A DNA stretch of 64,000 bases, taken from a virus. Its lineage: Duplodnaviria; Caudoviricetes. This document shows positions 19,301 through 27,948 of the stretch, piece by piece (the stretch's first letter is position 1; each line of letters begins with the position of its first letter). A program made the translations under genes and the position numbers. The stretch is taken from positions 1 through 64,000 of the IMG/VR virus record IMGVR_UViG_2929656146_000003; one strand, written 5' to 3'. The notes beneath the pieces are model-generated. The model was not told where the DNA came from, ran no database searches, and was given only the letters and a program-made list of their open reading frames with translations.

Positions 19301-20140
19301 GCCGCCGCCGGCTGGGGCGAATGCGGCTTTGAACGCCCCGCCGAGGCCGCCGAGGCCGACCTTGAGCGTGCCGAGGATCGCCCCCAGGGAGGCGATTGCC
19401 GGCGCCGCGGCGGCTGCCGCCGGGCCCATCGCGACTATTGCCTGCCCCAGGCTGGCCAGCGTCGGCAGTGCGGTGAGTGCCGCGCCGATGAGCATGCCGA
19501 TCCGGCTGCCCAGCATGCCGATCCCGCCGGCAGCGCCCCCGCTGCTCCCACCAATCCGGGACAGCAGCCCCGACAGTCCTGACAGCCCGTCGGCGTCGAC
19601 GTCGACCCTGATCCTGCGGTTACGGGTCAGCGCGTCGAGGCGGGCACGCGTGTCACCCGCTATGAGCTGGGAACGGATCTCGATCCGCTGGTCACGTGTG
19701 AGACGCGACAATTGGTTGAGGTACTGGTCGGCCTGCATCTGGGCACGGATGTGGACGACCTGGTCGCGGGTGATTCGGGCGAGCTGGGTGAGGTAGTTGG
19801 TGGCGTCAAGGACCGCAGTGATGCGAACGACCTGGTCACGGGTCAGCTTTGACAGTTGAGCGAGGTAGGTGCCGGTGTCCAGTTCGGGTTGCACCCGCAC
19901 CTTGAGCCGGTTGCCGAGCTCGGCCAGCTGGGCTTTGGCAACGGTGTCATCGAGCTGGGCCTTGAGCTGCACGGTAAGAGGGCGAGCGAGACGAGAGAGC
20001 TGCGCCTTCGCGGTGGTGTCGCTGAGCTTGACGAGCGCCTCGATGTCCAGCTTGTCGCCGAGCAGACGCCGCTTGTCAGCCTCGTACTTCGACTTGTCCA
20101 TCGACACTTCGACATAGCCTTCGGCGACTCTGAACGCCAC
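16319..20140 (-). CDS. Tape measure protein
   Basis: 1273 aa, Ala-rich coiled coil and amphipathic repeats, 'IPIKKGPP' C-terminal motif, follows tail chaperones. Confidence 0.95.
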   Translation of the reverse strand: MAFRVAEGYVEVSMDKSKYEADKRRLLGDKLDIEALVKLSDTTAKAQLSRLARPLTVQLKAQLDDTVAKAQLAELGNRLKVRVQPELDTGTYLAQLSKLTRDQVVRITAVLDATNYLTQLARITRDQVVHIRAQMQADQYLNQLSRLTRDQRIEIRSQLIAGDTRARLDALTRNRRIRVDVDADGLSGLSGLLSRIGGSSGGAAGGIGMLGSRIGMLIGAALTALPTLASLGQAIVAMGPAAAAAAPAIASLGAILGTLKVGLGGLGGAFKAAFAPAGGGGGGGGGGAAEMAKAIRGAERQVADAKQNVAQATEEAARRVAKANRDVGDAEQALANTRQQAADRSAKALRDVETAERRLTDAQAKALRAQQDLDAARRQAAQDLEDLANRVADGRLQEREDVIQVADAEAALASVKREGSGATADQIERAQLAYDQAVQSLQEQRLENSRLADEQRQAAAAGVEGSDGVRSAQEQVTQATQDTTDATQELGDAQTEAARTQQENQQDIARSERDLADARQAAVDAAVEGNQRIAKAQEELARAQEELADAQTKQTAAGAAGANAYADAMAKLAPSAREFVEAVKALAPAWNALKLDVQQQLFEGFGAKLTSVAHQVLPDLRAGMVGTAGVLNQMGLNALDAVDKLSKIGALKAAFASVNEGLKPLQKAPGDLISMFTTLTAAAGPAFQRITSAIGETATAFSTRLNEAFKSGRLTEAINQAMEVAKQFGKLIFDIGGTVGNILKAAGAAGGDALGALGAAFAELRRITGSPEMQAGLTSLFRILNQIAGTVVPLLGQALMALGPVVQALEPGFNALLRALGPALSSITSALGPVLTAAAQAVSALAVALAPVITLLGQLIAAALPILTPMINALTLAIQGLAPIFAQIASTVGSALLPIFTALVTQVMPPLMAVFTEIITAVLPVFAQLLTALQPAINELSTALLSVVTALAPLLVALAQLIGPLLGALMPVLLPIIQTIGQLASILAGELAAYIQNIVVPAIHVITALLQGDFHGAFESAKELVKGMINEAIRLFIELPGKIFDAIISLDQKLIEVFGRAIRAGVNWLRDHRSDITDFFSDLPGHILDAIGDLGSLLLNAGKQVISGLIDGIKSKISGLTNLLGSITDMIPIKKGPPERDAKLLRPAGGLLMDGLMSGISGRVPALQSLLQGITTQIGGTSLGVLTGPQISASTQALAPAGFSAPQAGGVAAPAAAPAVPSVQTPAGSITIQNINITGSFDMSSAADRRRVADALVIEIKDALRDYDRGRAR

Positions 20141-20157
20141 TGCCGCTCACCTCCTCC

Positions 20158-20843
20158 CTAATCGGCCACTCGTGTCACGCTCACCAGCCCTGGGTGAGCC
20201 AGCCTGAGTTCGGTCAGGTCCATCTCCCGCTCGCCACTGTTGGCGGGAGGCTGCTGCATTGGCTGGCCCGCGTCTCTCTGCTCTTCGATCCGCCGGGCCA
20301 TCACTCCGCCGTACGCGGCGACTCGCTGCGCCAGCCGCACCCACCTGGGGCCGTCCAGCTCCGCTTGGTCCAGCCCGTAGTGGGCCTGGAAGTCGGCCTC
20401 CAAGTCGTCTACGTGGTCGACCATCCAGCCCGCCCGCTCCAGCAGCTCGCCGATCGGCCTCGACCAGGTCAGGCCTGGTCTTTTCCCGAGTCCTCCGGGC
20501 CGGCGATGTGGTGGGTGACGGCTCGCAGGATCTGATCCATCTCCTCCTCGCGGACGTCGTCGGACTGCTCCAGCGCCTCGTATGCCTCGGGCCCGAGGAG
20601 TCGTTCGAGGATCCGCTGTGCGGCCGCGGACTCGCCGAGGGTGCGGGCGAGGCGCAGGTACTCCAGCGTCATGCCCTGGCTGATCCGTGCGGGGATCCGG
20701 TAGGGCTGGTCGTCGAGGTAGAAGAGGACGATGCCGTCGTCGGTCGGCCTGGCCTTGCGGCCGATGCGAACCGGTTCGAACGGCGCCGACTCGGCGGTCA
20801 CCGGGGCCTTGGTCGGGCGCTTGGTTGGGGTGCGGGTTGCCAT
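20158..20843 (-). CDS. Tail assembly chaperone, long form (gpGT-like) made by -1 frameshift
   Basis: -1 frame after the GGGAAAA site reads RPGLTWSRPIGELLERAGW...VTRVAD, stopping just before the tape measure. Confidence 0.85.
20469..20843 (-). CDS. Tail assembly chaperone, short form (gpG-like)
   Basis: Between tail tube and tape measure; ends ...SGKDQA. Confidence 0.88.
   Translation of the reverse strand: MATRTPTKRPTKAPVTAESAPFEPVRIGRKARPTDDGIVLFYLDDQPYRIPARISQGMTLEYLRLARTLGESAAAQRILERLLGPEAYEALEQSDDVREEEMDQILRAVTHHIAGPEDSGKDQA
20481..20487 (-). other. Programmed -1 ribosomal frameshift slippery site G-GGA-AAA
   Basis: TTTTCCC on + strand; canonical XXXYYYZ heptamer in the correct phase. 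Confidence 0.88.
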
Positions 20844-20909
20844 CGGTGTGCTCCAGGGATGGGGTGGAGGGCTTGGTGGGGCGGCGTCGGCCGCCGCCGC
20901 TTGGGGTTG

Positions 20910-21476
20910 CTAGGACGTGGCCTCGGCGATGTGCAGTGGCGCGATCACGGAAGTGACGTAGTGCGCGCTGAACTTGGCCTTGAGTACGGTCTGCTTGTCC
21001 TTGGTGTAGGCCACCTCGACGGACTCGGTGTTCAGCACCTTGCGGACGATGACCCTGCGTCGGTAGGAGTTGGCTCCCCAGCCGTCGAAGAGCAGCGCGG
21101 TGTAGTTCGGCTGCGTCGCGCTGGACGCGAAGTTCGGCTCCAGGGTCTTGTAGCCCGCGCCGGACGCGGCGGTGCCGCCGTTCATCAGGACGCTGAGGTT
21201 CTCCAACGTCGCCTCCGCCAACGACGTTTCGATGCTCATGTCCCGCTTCGTCAAGCGGCTGCCTGCGCGGTCGACGATCTGGTCGACTTCCAGTGCGGTG
21301 TACGTCTGGTCGATCGTCAGTTTGACGCCGTCCATCGTGCCGCCCATGTCCGTCCATGCGGATGCGGCTGGGGTGGCGTTGATCGCGACGTTGGTGTCGG
21401 CCGGCTCCGCTGCGCCGAACGCCCCCTGGTAGAGGGTGGCGGGGCCGAGCAGCAGGTTGGCGGTGGTCACTGCCAT
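20910..21476 (-). CDS. Major tail (tube) protein
   Basis: 'WTDMGGTMDGVKL...EVDQ...TSLAEATLENL'; position; ends in Thr-Ser. Confidence 0.9.
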   Translation of the reverse strand: MAVTTANLLLGPATLYQGAFGAAEPADTNVAINATPAASAWTDMGGTMDGVKLTIDQTYTALEVDQIVDRAGSRLTKRDMSIETSLAEATLENLSVLMNGGTAASGAGYKTLEPNFASSATQPNYTALLFDGWGANSYRRRVIVRKVLNTESVEVAYTKDKQTVLKAKFSAHYVTSVIAPLHIAEATS

Positions 21477-21540
21477 GGGTCAGTCCTCCAGGACACGGTG
21501 TGGGCGGCGTGCGGGGTGGAGGGGCCCCTGGTGTGACGGG

Positions 21541-21768
21541 TCATCGGTAGTCCTCCCGACGAAGCGGGAAGCGGTGATGGGCGAACTGCGGGTGGCAGGA
21601 GAGCGGGATGGTCTGCTCGTCGGGGATGTTCCGAGGGCACGGAACGGCGCGGGCACCGGTGATGAGGAACTCCAGTTCGCCCCGGTGGTTGTGGACGAGG
21701 ACTCGGCCGCGCCACGTTAGGAGATCCCGGCTGGTCTCCCCCTGCAGCGCCCACCGCTCGGCGGTCAT
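21541..21768 (-). CDS. Small hypothetical protein (75 aa)
   Basis: ATGA overlap with tail terminator, GAGG RBS. Confidence 0.65.
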   Translation of the reverse strand: MTAERWALQGETSRDLLTWRGRVLVHNHRGELEFLITGARAVPCPRNIPDEQTIPLSCHPQFAHHRFPLRREDYR

Positions 21769-22211
21769 GGCGTCACCTCGACCCAGTTCACGGACAGGCC
21801 GAGATTGATGCGGGCGTACGACGCTTCGTCGTCCGGCACCCGCCGCGGCTCGTACGTCGAGTACGCGGACAGCACGCGGGCCTGCGGGTAGTTGCCGGGC
21901 AGGGTCAGCAGCCGCGGGGTGCCGGGGTGGTCCCAGCACGCCGCCTGGATCCGCTCGGCCAGCACCGACGCCTTGTTCCACGGCGGCCGGCCCGACGAAG
22001 GGGCAACGGCCCAGCAGTCCACGGAGACGACGGGGGAGCGCATCGGCACGTACGGGTCCGCACTGCCGCCGATGGTGGCGACGGTGACGAACCCGGATGC
22101 CGCCCACGTCGAGTTGTCGCGGGGGAGGGTGGTGGCGACGATGTCGCCGACCACGTCGTGCAGCCACGCGACGGTGACGAGCTCGGTGGTGGCCCGCAGG
22201 ATCGTGGTCAT
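21765..22211 (-). CDS. Tail terminator protein
   Basis: Synteny; 'PVVSVDCWA' and 'YARINL' pattern. Confidence 0.75.
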   Translation of the reverse strand: MTTILRATTELVTVAWLHDVVGDIVATTLPRDNSTWAASGFVTVATIGGSADPYVPMRSPVVSVDCWAVAPSSGRPPWNKASVLAERIQAACWDHPGTPRLLTLPGNYPQARVLSAYSTYEPRRVPDDEASYARINLGLSVNWVEVTP

Positions 22212-22567
22212 CGCAGTGCCCACTGCTGCAGCAGGGCCGGCCGCAGGAACGGGAACGCGGGCGTGCCGGGGTGGTTGACCTGGGCGACGGGATGGTCGGC
22301 GCCCTCCCAGTACAAGGCCTTCGCGGTCTTCGGCCGGATGATGTGCGGGCCGGTTCCGTACTCGACGTACCGCCAGTAGTCGACGTCGGTGGACACCCGC
22401 ATCGTCAGCCCGTCGACCTCCGAGAGGATCGACTGCTTGAGGCGGCCCGTATTCACCCGCGCCAGTCCCTGCGCTGCGGCGGCCATGTCCTGTCCGAGGT
22501 GCACCATGACGCGGTGCAGCTCGACGTCCAGATGGGCGTCGGCGCTCGGGTCGAGACGTATCGACAT
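22208..22567 (-). CDS. HK97 gp10-like tail completion protein
   Basis: 'VNTGRLKQSI', 'YVEYGT', 'HPGTPAFPFLRPAL'. Confidence 0.85.
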   Translation of the reverse strand: MSIRLDPSADAHLDVELHRVMVHLGQDMAAAAQGLARVNTGRLKQSILSEVDGLTMRVSTDVDYWRYVEYGTGPHIIRPKTAKALYWEGADHPVAQVNHPGTPAFPFLRPALLQQWALR

Positions 22568-22634
22568 GGTCCGCCGTCCTCTCCGGATCGTCGGGGTTGG
22601 GTGGCCGCCCGGTCTCCCCGGGCTCACGGCCGCT

Positions 22635-22970
22635 TCAGTTGATGAGCTTGAGGTCCAGGCGGAGCATCGGTGTGAACCCGACCGCGCTGGGTTGGGTGAC
22701 TGCGGTGATCTCGTAGATGCGGCCGGTCCGGTCGTCCCGCAGCCGGTCTTCCTCGGTGACGTCGGTGCCGGGTCGGACGCGGGCGACGGCGTACCGCACG
22801 ACCCGGGGCGTCGGGTTGTTCGGTGTCGTGATGGTGCGGGAGCCTTCGATCAGGCTGGCGGGGATGCGGGTCTGGGCGTCAGCGCCGGCTTCGACGGGCA
22901 GATCAACATCATCGTTATACGGATCACTGGAGGTTCCGCGCAGGACCGTCACGGTGGTGGTGGCGATCAC
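22635..22970 (-). CDS. Head-to-tail stopper / head closure protein
   Basis: 'TVTVLRGT...DPYND', 'DRLRDDRTGRIYEITAV'. Confidence 0.75.
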   Translation of the reverse strand: MIATTTVTVLRGTSSDPYNDDVDLPVEAGADAQTRIPASLIEGSRTITTPNNPTPRVVRYAVARVRPGTDVTEEDRLRDDRTGRIYEITAVTQPSAVGFTPMLRLDLKLIN

Positions 22971-23410
22971 CGCAGCGGACTCCAAGTCATGTCGTCATCC
23001 GAGCCGTCCGTCAGCGGGTTGATGCCGTAGTTGCTACTGCCGTCGACGAACGGAGAACGGATGTGAATGGTCCTGGAGCGTCGCCACGAGAGGCGGTTGA
23101 TCGCGCGGGCGGCCATCGGAGCCAGCACCACGGCGTCGGCCGTGAGGTTCGCCGAGATGCCGTCCTGCGTGGACGAGGTGAGATCCATCCGCGACTCCAG
23201 GCCGGCCTGCTGCGCCGCCCACACCGCCTGGTAGGCCACAGCCCGGCCGAGCCAGTACAGGTCCCGGGGGCGGATCCTGGCCGTGTCGGCGTACGTGCGG
23301 CCGGTCATGACTTCGATCGCCGCCTGCGCGGTCAGGACCTGGACGTCCGTGGCCTCGGCGCCAGTGACGGCGAGCACCGTATCGGTGTCGGTCCACGCCT
23401 GAATGGTCAT
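22967..23410 (-). CDS. Head-to-tail adaptor
   Basis: Directly after capsid; GGAGG RBS; 'AVAYQAVW'. Confidence 0.75.
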   Translation of the reverse strand: MTIQAWTDTDTVLAVTGAEATDVQVLTAQAAIEVMTGRTYADTARIRPRDLYWLGRAVAYQAVWAAQQAGLESRMDLTSSTQDGISANLTADAVVLAPMAARAINRLSWRRSRTIHIRSPFVDGSSNYGINPLTDGSDDDMTWSPLR

Positions 23411-23473
23411 CGCAGCCTCCGGCTGGGCCCGCGCCACCCGGGGGACGGGCGGCACGGGCGAAGAGGGGCGGTG

Positions 23474-24382
23474 TCAGCCGACGAGGATGGACGCGGCCGC
23501 CGGGTGGCCGTACGCCCAGCCGCGGCGAGCCCGCATCTTGAGGATGGACTCGTCGGTCAGGGCGCTGAGTCCGTCCCGGCCGTCGATGACGACGGACTCG
23601 GGGCCGGAGCGGACACCGAGGAGCATCATGTCCGTGCGGACGAACGCCATGATCGGGCGGCCGGTGGGCGCGCTGGTTGCGGTGGCGGAGGTGCGGGCAC
23701 CGAGCGACCAGTGGATCTGCACGCCGAAGATGGTGTCCGGGGTGCCGGCGAGGCCCTGCACGAAGATCGGCTCGTTGGTGGTGTCGAGAACGCCGCGCAG
23801 GTACTTCCGGAACGCGGGGTGGGCGATCGCGACGGTCGTCGACGGATCGAAGTAGTCGCCGGCCTCCACGTTGCCGAGCGCGGTCGAGTACTCCAGGTAG
23901 GTCGCGTTCCCGGCGGTCGCGGCGACAGTGATGTTGCTGCTCGCCGTGTAACCGAGGTTGCTGTCCGTCTGGGACAGCAGGTAGTACAGGCTGGTGAACG
24001 GGATGCCAGTGCCGGCCGCAGCGGTGACGGCGAGGCACGAGTTGTCGAGGATCTTCGCGTACGAGGTGCCCCAGTCGGTCATCTTGGTGGCGATGACGTT
24101 GGCGACGGAGTCGTCGACATCCTCCTCGGCCAGGCGCACGACCTTGCCGAACTTCTTGACGCTGAGGACCACTTCGTCGTTGGAACTCGCGTCCTCGCCG
24201 TACGTGCCGCCCTTATCGACGACGTCGACGCCCATGCCCGCGGAGCGCGGGACGTGCCGGGTGTCGGTCGACATGGGGGTGCGGGCCGCGAGCGACTCGA
24301 CCGCGGAGACCTGGTTGATGCGCTGGATGACCTTGGAGTCCCACTCCTCGGGAATCCACGCTTCGAGGGTGTTGCGTGCCAC
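23474..24382 (-). CDS. Major capsid protein (HK97 fold)
   Basis: 'WIPEEWDSKVIQ', 'VVLSVKKFG', 'TIFGVQI', 'ILKMRARRGW'; strong RBS. Confidence 0.92.
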   Translation of the reverse strand: MARNTLEAWIPEEWDSKVIQRINQVSAVESLAARTPMSTDTRHVPRSAGMGVDVVDKGGTYGEDASSNDEVVLSVKKFGKVVRLAEEDVDDSVANVIATKMTDWGTSYAKILDNSCLAVTAAAGTGIPFTSLYYLLSQTDSNLGYTASSNITVAATAGNATYLEYSTALGNVEAGDYFDPSTTVAIAHPAFRKYLRGVLDTTNEPIFVQGLAGTPDTIFGVQIHWSLGARTSATATSAPTGRPIMAFVRTDMMLLGVRSGPESVVIDGRDGLSALTDESILKMRARRGWAYGHPAAASILVG

Positions 24383-24512
24383 GGGTGCCCTCCTGGGGCG
24401 GTGATGGGGCTGAGAAGACGGTGGGCTCGGGCCCCATCACGGGCGCCTCGGGCGGACGTTCACGCGCCGGGTCGATCTCCGACCGGGCACGTGATCACGC
24501 TAGGTGGGCGGG

Positions 24513-25241
24513 TCAGTTGCCCCGCAAACGCGCGGCGTGCTGGTCCCAGGAGCTCTTGGGCTTCTCTGGGGCGGCCTGCCTCGGTGCGGCGGTCGGCCTG
24601 GCCTTCGGCTTGGCGGGCTCGGGGCGCGCGAACAGCTCGGGGTAGTCGGTCCTCAGCCGGTCGATCTCGCTGTCGAGACCGATCACGTCACCGTCGTCGT
24701 CCACGCTGAGGGAATCGGTGTCGAGGAGCTTGAGGACCCGGGACGGGCCACCGGCAACGCCGGCCTCCGCGAGTGCCGCACGCGCGGCCTGGTTGATGAT
24801 GCGGGGCTTCCACTGGCTTTCCGCCGCCTCGGTGGCCTCGCGGATCGCACGCTCGTGGTCGCCCTCGTTCTCGCGGCCCTTCGCTTCGAGCTGCTTGAGG
24901 GCGAGTCGGTTCCTCTTGGCCTCCTCGTTGGCCTTCCTCAACGCCGCGACGGTGCGAGCGTGTTCGGCCTGCAGCTTCTCCAGCACCGGGTCGGCCTTGC
25001 TGTCCGCGGGCGGCCTCGGCTTCGGCTTCTCGCCGTCGTCCTGGCTGCCGTCGTCAGAGGTCTCGTCGTCCGCGGTCTCGTCGGCGGCGGTGTCGTCGTC
25101 GACTTCGATGTCCGTGCCGTTGTCTTCCTCGGAGCCGCCGGCCACGTTGTAGATCGGGCGGCCGTCGGCGCGGTGGCCGAGCAGGGTCCACGGGGGCAGG
25201 CTGATCGCGGTGCTGGAGGGTCCGATCACCGGAGCGTCCAC
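24513..25241 (-). CDS. Capsid scaffolding protein (start uncertain)
   Basis: Acidic N-region, coiled coil 'KANEEAKRNRLAL', 'YPELF'; upstream of capsid. Confidence 0.82.
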   Translation of the reverse strand: MDAPVIGPSSTAISLPPWTLLGHRADGRPIYNVAGGSEEDNGTDIEVDDDTAADETADDETSDDGSQDDGEKPKPRPPADSKADPVLEKLQAEHARTVAALRKANEEAKRNRLALKQLEAKGRENEGDHERAIREATEAAESQWKPRIINQAARAALAEAGVAGGPSRVLKLLDTDSLSVDDDGDVIGLDSEIDRLRTDYPELFARPEPAKPKARPTAAPRQAAPEKPKSSWDQHAARLRGN

Positions 25242-25312
25242 AGGGTGTCTCCCATCACGGGGGTTTACATGACTGACTGCGACCGTAGCCGCGGGCCCGG
25301 GACGGACTGTGA

Positions 25313-26314
25313 TCACGCGGCCCGGTCGAAACGGCCGGTGCGCACTGCGCGGTGGGCCCGCTCAGCAACCCGCGGCGGTAGCGACACGCCAGAGTTGAGG
25401 AGCGCGCGTGCGGCACGCACCCGGGCTACGCCGGACTCCGACGGCAGCGCCCAGCCCTCGGCGACGGCCCGCTCGGCTTGGTGGCGCAGCAGGTTCGGCA
25501 GGCCAGTGCCCCATGATGCAGACCACGGCACTGCGCGGCACCGGCAGTGAGGGTGCAGAGGAGGGCCCGAAACCGGGGGCGCCTCTGCTGCACGTTGTTG
25601 AGGGTCGAACGACAAGCCGCCTGGGAACTCCCCGCCCGGCCTGATAGTGCGCCCGGAGTAGGCCGTGCACCGTAGGCACGCATCCTGCTCCGACACCCAC
25701 AGCCGGCCCACACTCATGCCGTCGGCGACCGCAGCCGTACCCGCGTTGACGGCCGTATGCACCAGCCATGCGAGCAACGCCCGAACCCTGGACACTGCGG
25801 ATCGGGCAACCTGTAGGACGGTCGCCAGGCTGGAGAACCGCTCCGGGTTGGCTGCGAGGAGTTGCTTGGCGCGCCGGAGTTGCTCCGAGACGGCGTCACC
25901 GATGCCGCGGGCCTGGTCGGTGAGCGCCCGCGGTAGCCGCGCACCGGAGCCGGCCGTGGACGACACCCGCTGGCCGGCGGCACGTACGAGTTGGCGGGCG
26001 TGTTTGGCGCCGAGCGCGACGGCGTGGGGCAGCGAGCTGCCGGCGGCCCGGCGTGCGCGGGCACCAAGCCCCGCCAGCGCCGTGCGGATCCGCTCGCCGA
26101 CTGCGGCAAGGATTCGGGTGAGAGCATCACCGTCCCCGCTGCTTGTGGCCGAGCCGAACTCGCCGATCCACTCGGTGAGGGTGAGCCGCAGTGCTTCGAC
26201 GAGGAGGTCGTCGGCGTTGCCGACTGCCTGCCGGACTGTGGCTTCTTCCAAGTTCCGGGCCTCGCCGATCTGCTGGTCCTGGATGAGACGGGCCAGATCG
26301 GTGGGGCTAGTCAC
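25313..26314 (-). CDS. MuF-like minor head / capsid maturation protein
   Basis: 'DACLRC...PPLHPHCRC' motif; after portal. Confidence 0.8.
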   Translation of the reverse strand: MTSPTDLARLIQDQQIGEARNLEEATVRQAVGNADDLLVEALRLTLTEWIGEFGSATSSGDGDALTRILAAVGERIRTALAGLGARARRAAGSSLPHAVALGAKHARQLVRAAGQRVSSTAGSGARLPRALTDQARGIGDAVSEQLRRAKQLLAANPERFSSLATVLQVARSAVSRVRALLAWLVHTAVNAGTAAVADGMSVGRLWVSEQDACLRCTAYSGRTIRPGGEFPGGLSFDPQQRAAEAPPVSGPPLHPHCRCRAVPWSASWGTGLPNLLRHQAERAVAEGWALPSESGVARVRAARALLNSGVSLPPRVAERAHRAVRTGRFDRAA

Positions 26315-27884
26315 CGGTCGGCTCCGGCGGCACAACGGGGCGACCGGTCATGGCGTCGACTACGGGACCGATGAGGTCCTGCACTTGGGCCTGGTCGATC
26401 GCGCCGAGGGTGACGGCCGCGCCGAGTTTCTGGACGGTGTCGGCGAGGCTGGACAGGTCAGCGAGACGCCGGGTCAGCTCTGCGGCGTCGTCGGTCGGGG
26501 ACTCCAGCCACGCTTCGACCTGGTCGTCGCTGTATCCGGCTTCGACGAGGAGTTGTCGGTGGGGTACGCCGAGTTCGGACTTGACCTTGGCGGTGTCCCA
26601 GCTGTCCTTGTCGTCGACGGTTTCGGCGGCGTGCCAGCGCACGTCGACCACAGGGTCGGCGAATCCGACGAGGTGCAGGGCGAAGCCTTGGGAGTCCTGC
26701 CAGGAGTCGGTGGCGCCTTCCTGCCGGTCCTTGATTTTCTCGACGAACGGGGCGTCCTGCGCACGAACGGATCGGCCGGACGGCTGCTCGCTGGTCGGGT
26801 CGAGCAGGTGGAGCGGCGTGGTGGTCAGTACTCCGATGCTGCGCACATTGAACTCAAGCGGGTCGTAGAACACGGCGGGCTCGGCAGGGTCGAACTGGCC
26901 GACCTGCCGGAACCCCCGCAGCAGCCATACCTCGCCCGGGCCGGACTTGAGGGACGAGTCGTCACCGCTGTCGGACGGGCCGGCTGCGGGGTCTGGGGGG
27001 AAGAGGTCGTCGCCGAAGTCTGCGGGTTCGAAATCGCCCGTGTCGGCGTTCGCTGCGTCGGTGAGGGCGTATCGCTGTGGTACGCCCTGGTAGTCGATGC
27101 CGCCCATGTGGGTGGCGTCGAGCTTGTTGATGGTGTCCTGGGCACCGTAGCCGCGTCGGTGCTCGGGGACGCCGTAGGGTTCGGAGTTGCGGAAGTGGAA
27201 GACCGGGATTTCGCCGTAGTTGTGCTCGATGATCCACGCGTCGTCGTCCGGCTCGACCGTCTCGCCGTCCTCGGTTGTGACCGCCGAGGGCAGCCACGGC
27301 TCCCAGTCCGCACGGGCATTTCCCGCCGAGTCGGCCTTGGTGGTCCAGCGTTCGACGCGGTCGTTGTAGTACAGCTCGGCTCGGTGGATCTGCCGGTCGG
27401 TGTCGACGGTTTCGCACCACCGCTTGACCGCGTATGCCTTCTCGCGAGGGTTCTCGGCGCTGTAGATCATGCGGACGGTCAGCGGGTCGTTGGCGTATTC
27501 GTCGACGCCAGTCACAGTGCTGGCGTCGTCGGTGCGAGGCAGCACGATCAGGTAGGCATCGCCGTACTCGGCCTGCCACTTGTGGACCTTCATGGCCTCG
27601 CGGCGCAATCTGTTGCTGTCCCAGATCCGCTGCAGCGCCTCGGCTTGATCCTGGTCGGGGCTGGTGATGGCGGCGAGCTTCATGCGGTCGACCACGGCGT
27701 CGACGACCATGGCGATGTACGGCTTGCCGTGGTCCATGCCGGTACGGGCGATCGCCCGTCGGACCCGGGCCGAGGCGAACACCTCCGGCACCTCGTCGTC
27801 GTAGTACGCGGCGGCCTCGACGTACGCCGGCCTGGCCTCGCGCAGCGCCTCCAGGCCCATCCACAGGTCGTCGCTTGCGGTCAC
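26307..27884 (-). CDS. Portal protein (SPP1-like)
   Basis: 'MVVDAVVDRM', 'YGDAYLIV', 'HNYGEIPVFHF', 'PSGRSVR'. Confidence 0.93.
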   Translation of the reverse strand: MTASDDLWMGLEALREARPAYVEAAAYYDDEVPEVFASARVRRAIARTGMDHGKPYIAMVVDAVVDRMKLAAITSPDQDQAEALQRIWDSNRLRREAMKVHKWQAEYGDAYLIVLPRTDDASTVTGVDEYANDPLTVRMIYSAENPREKAYAVKRWCETVDTDRQIHRAELYYNDRVERWTTKADSAGNARADWEPWLPSAVTTEDGETVEPDDDAWIIEHNYGEIPVFHFRNSEPYGVPEHRRGYGAQDTINKLDATHMGGIDYQGVPQRYALTDAANADTGDFEPADFGDDLFPPDPAAGPSDSGDDSSLKSGPGEVWLLRGFRQVGQFDPAEPAVFYDPLEFNVRSIGVLTTTPLHLLDPTSEQPSGRSVRAQDAPFVEKIKDRQEGATDSWQDSQGFALHLVGFADPVVDVRWHAAETVDDKDSWDTAKVKSELGVPHRQLLVEAGYSDDQVEAWLESPTDDAAELTRRLADLSSLADTVQKLGAAVTLGAIDQAQVQDLIGPVVDAMTGRPVVPPEPTGD

Positions 27885-27948
27885 CGCGTCCCCTCCTCAG
27901 GTCGCGATCACCGTAGGTCCGGGGTCCGGGCGGGCTGTGAACGGCCGG

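Noticed and set aside
19270-19990. Poly-Gly run and (L/I)TRDQ repeats in the tape measure gene
   Set aside because: Protein-level repeats in a single frame, normal for tape measure proteins
20481-20487. Frameshift in the tail chaperone as a novelty or sequencing error
   Set aside because: Canonical conserved programmed -1 frameshift of long-tailed phages
5150-27920. GTGATC as a late-promoter motif before endolysin, capsid, scaffold and portal
   Set aside because: Only 6 bp with inconsistent spacing and flanks; cannot be separated from chance without TSS data
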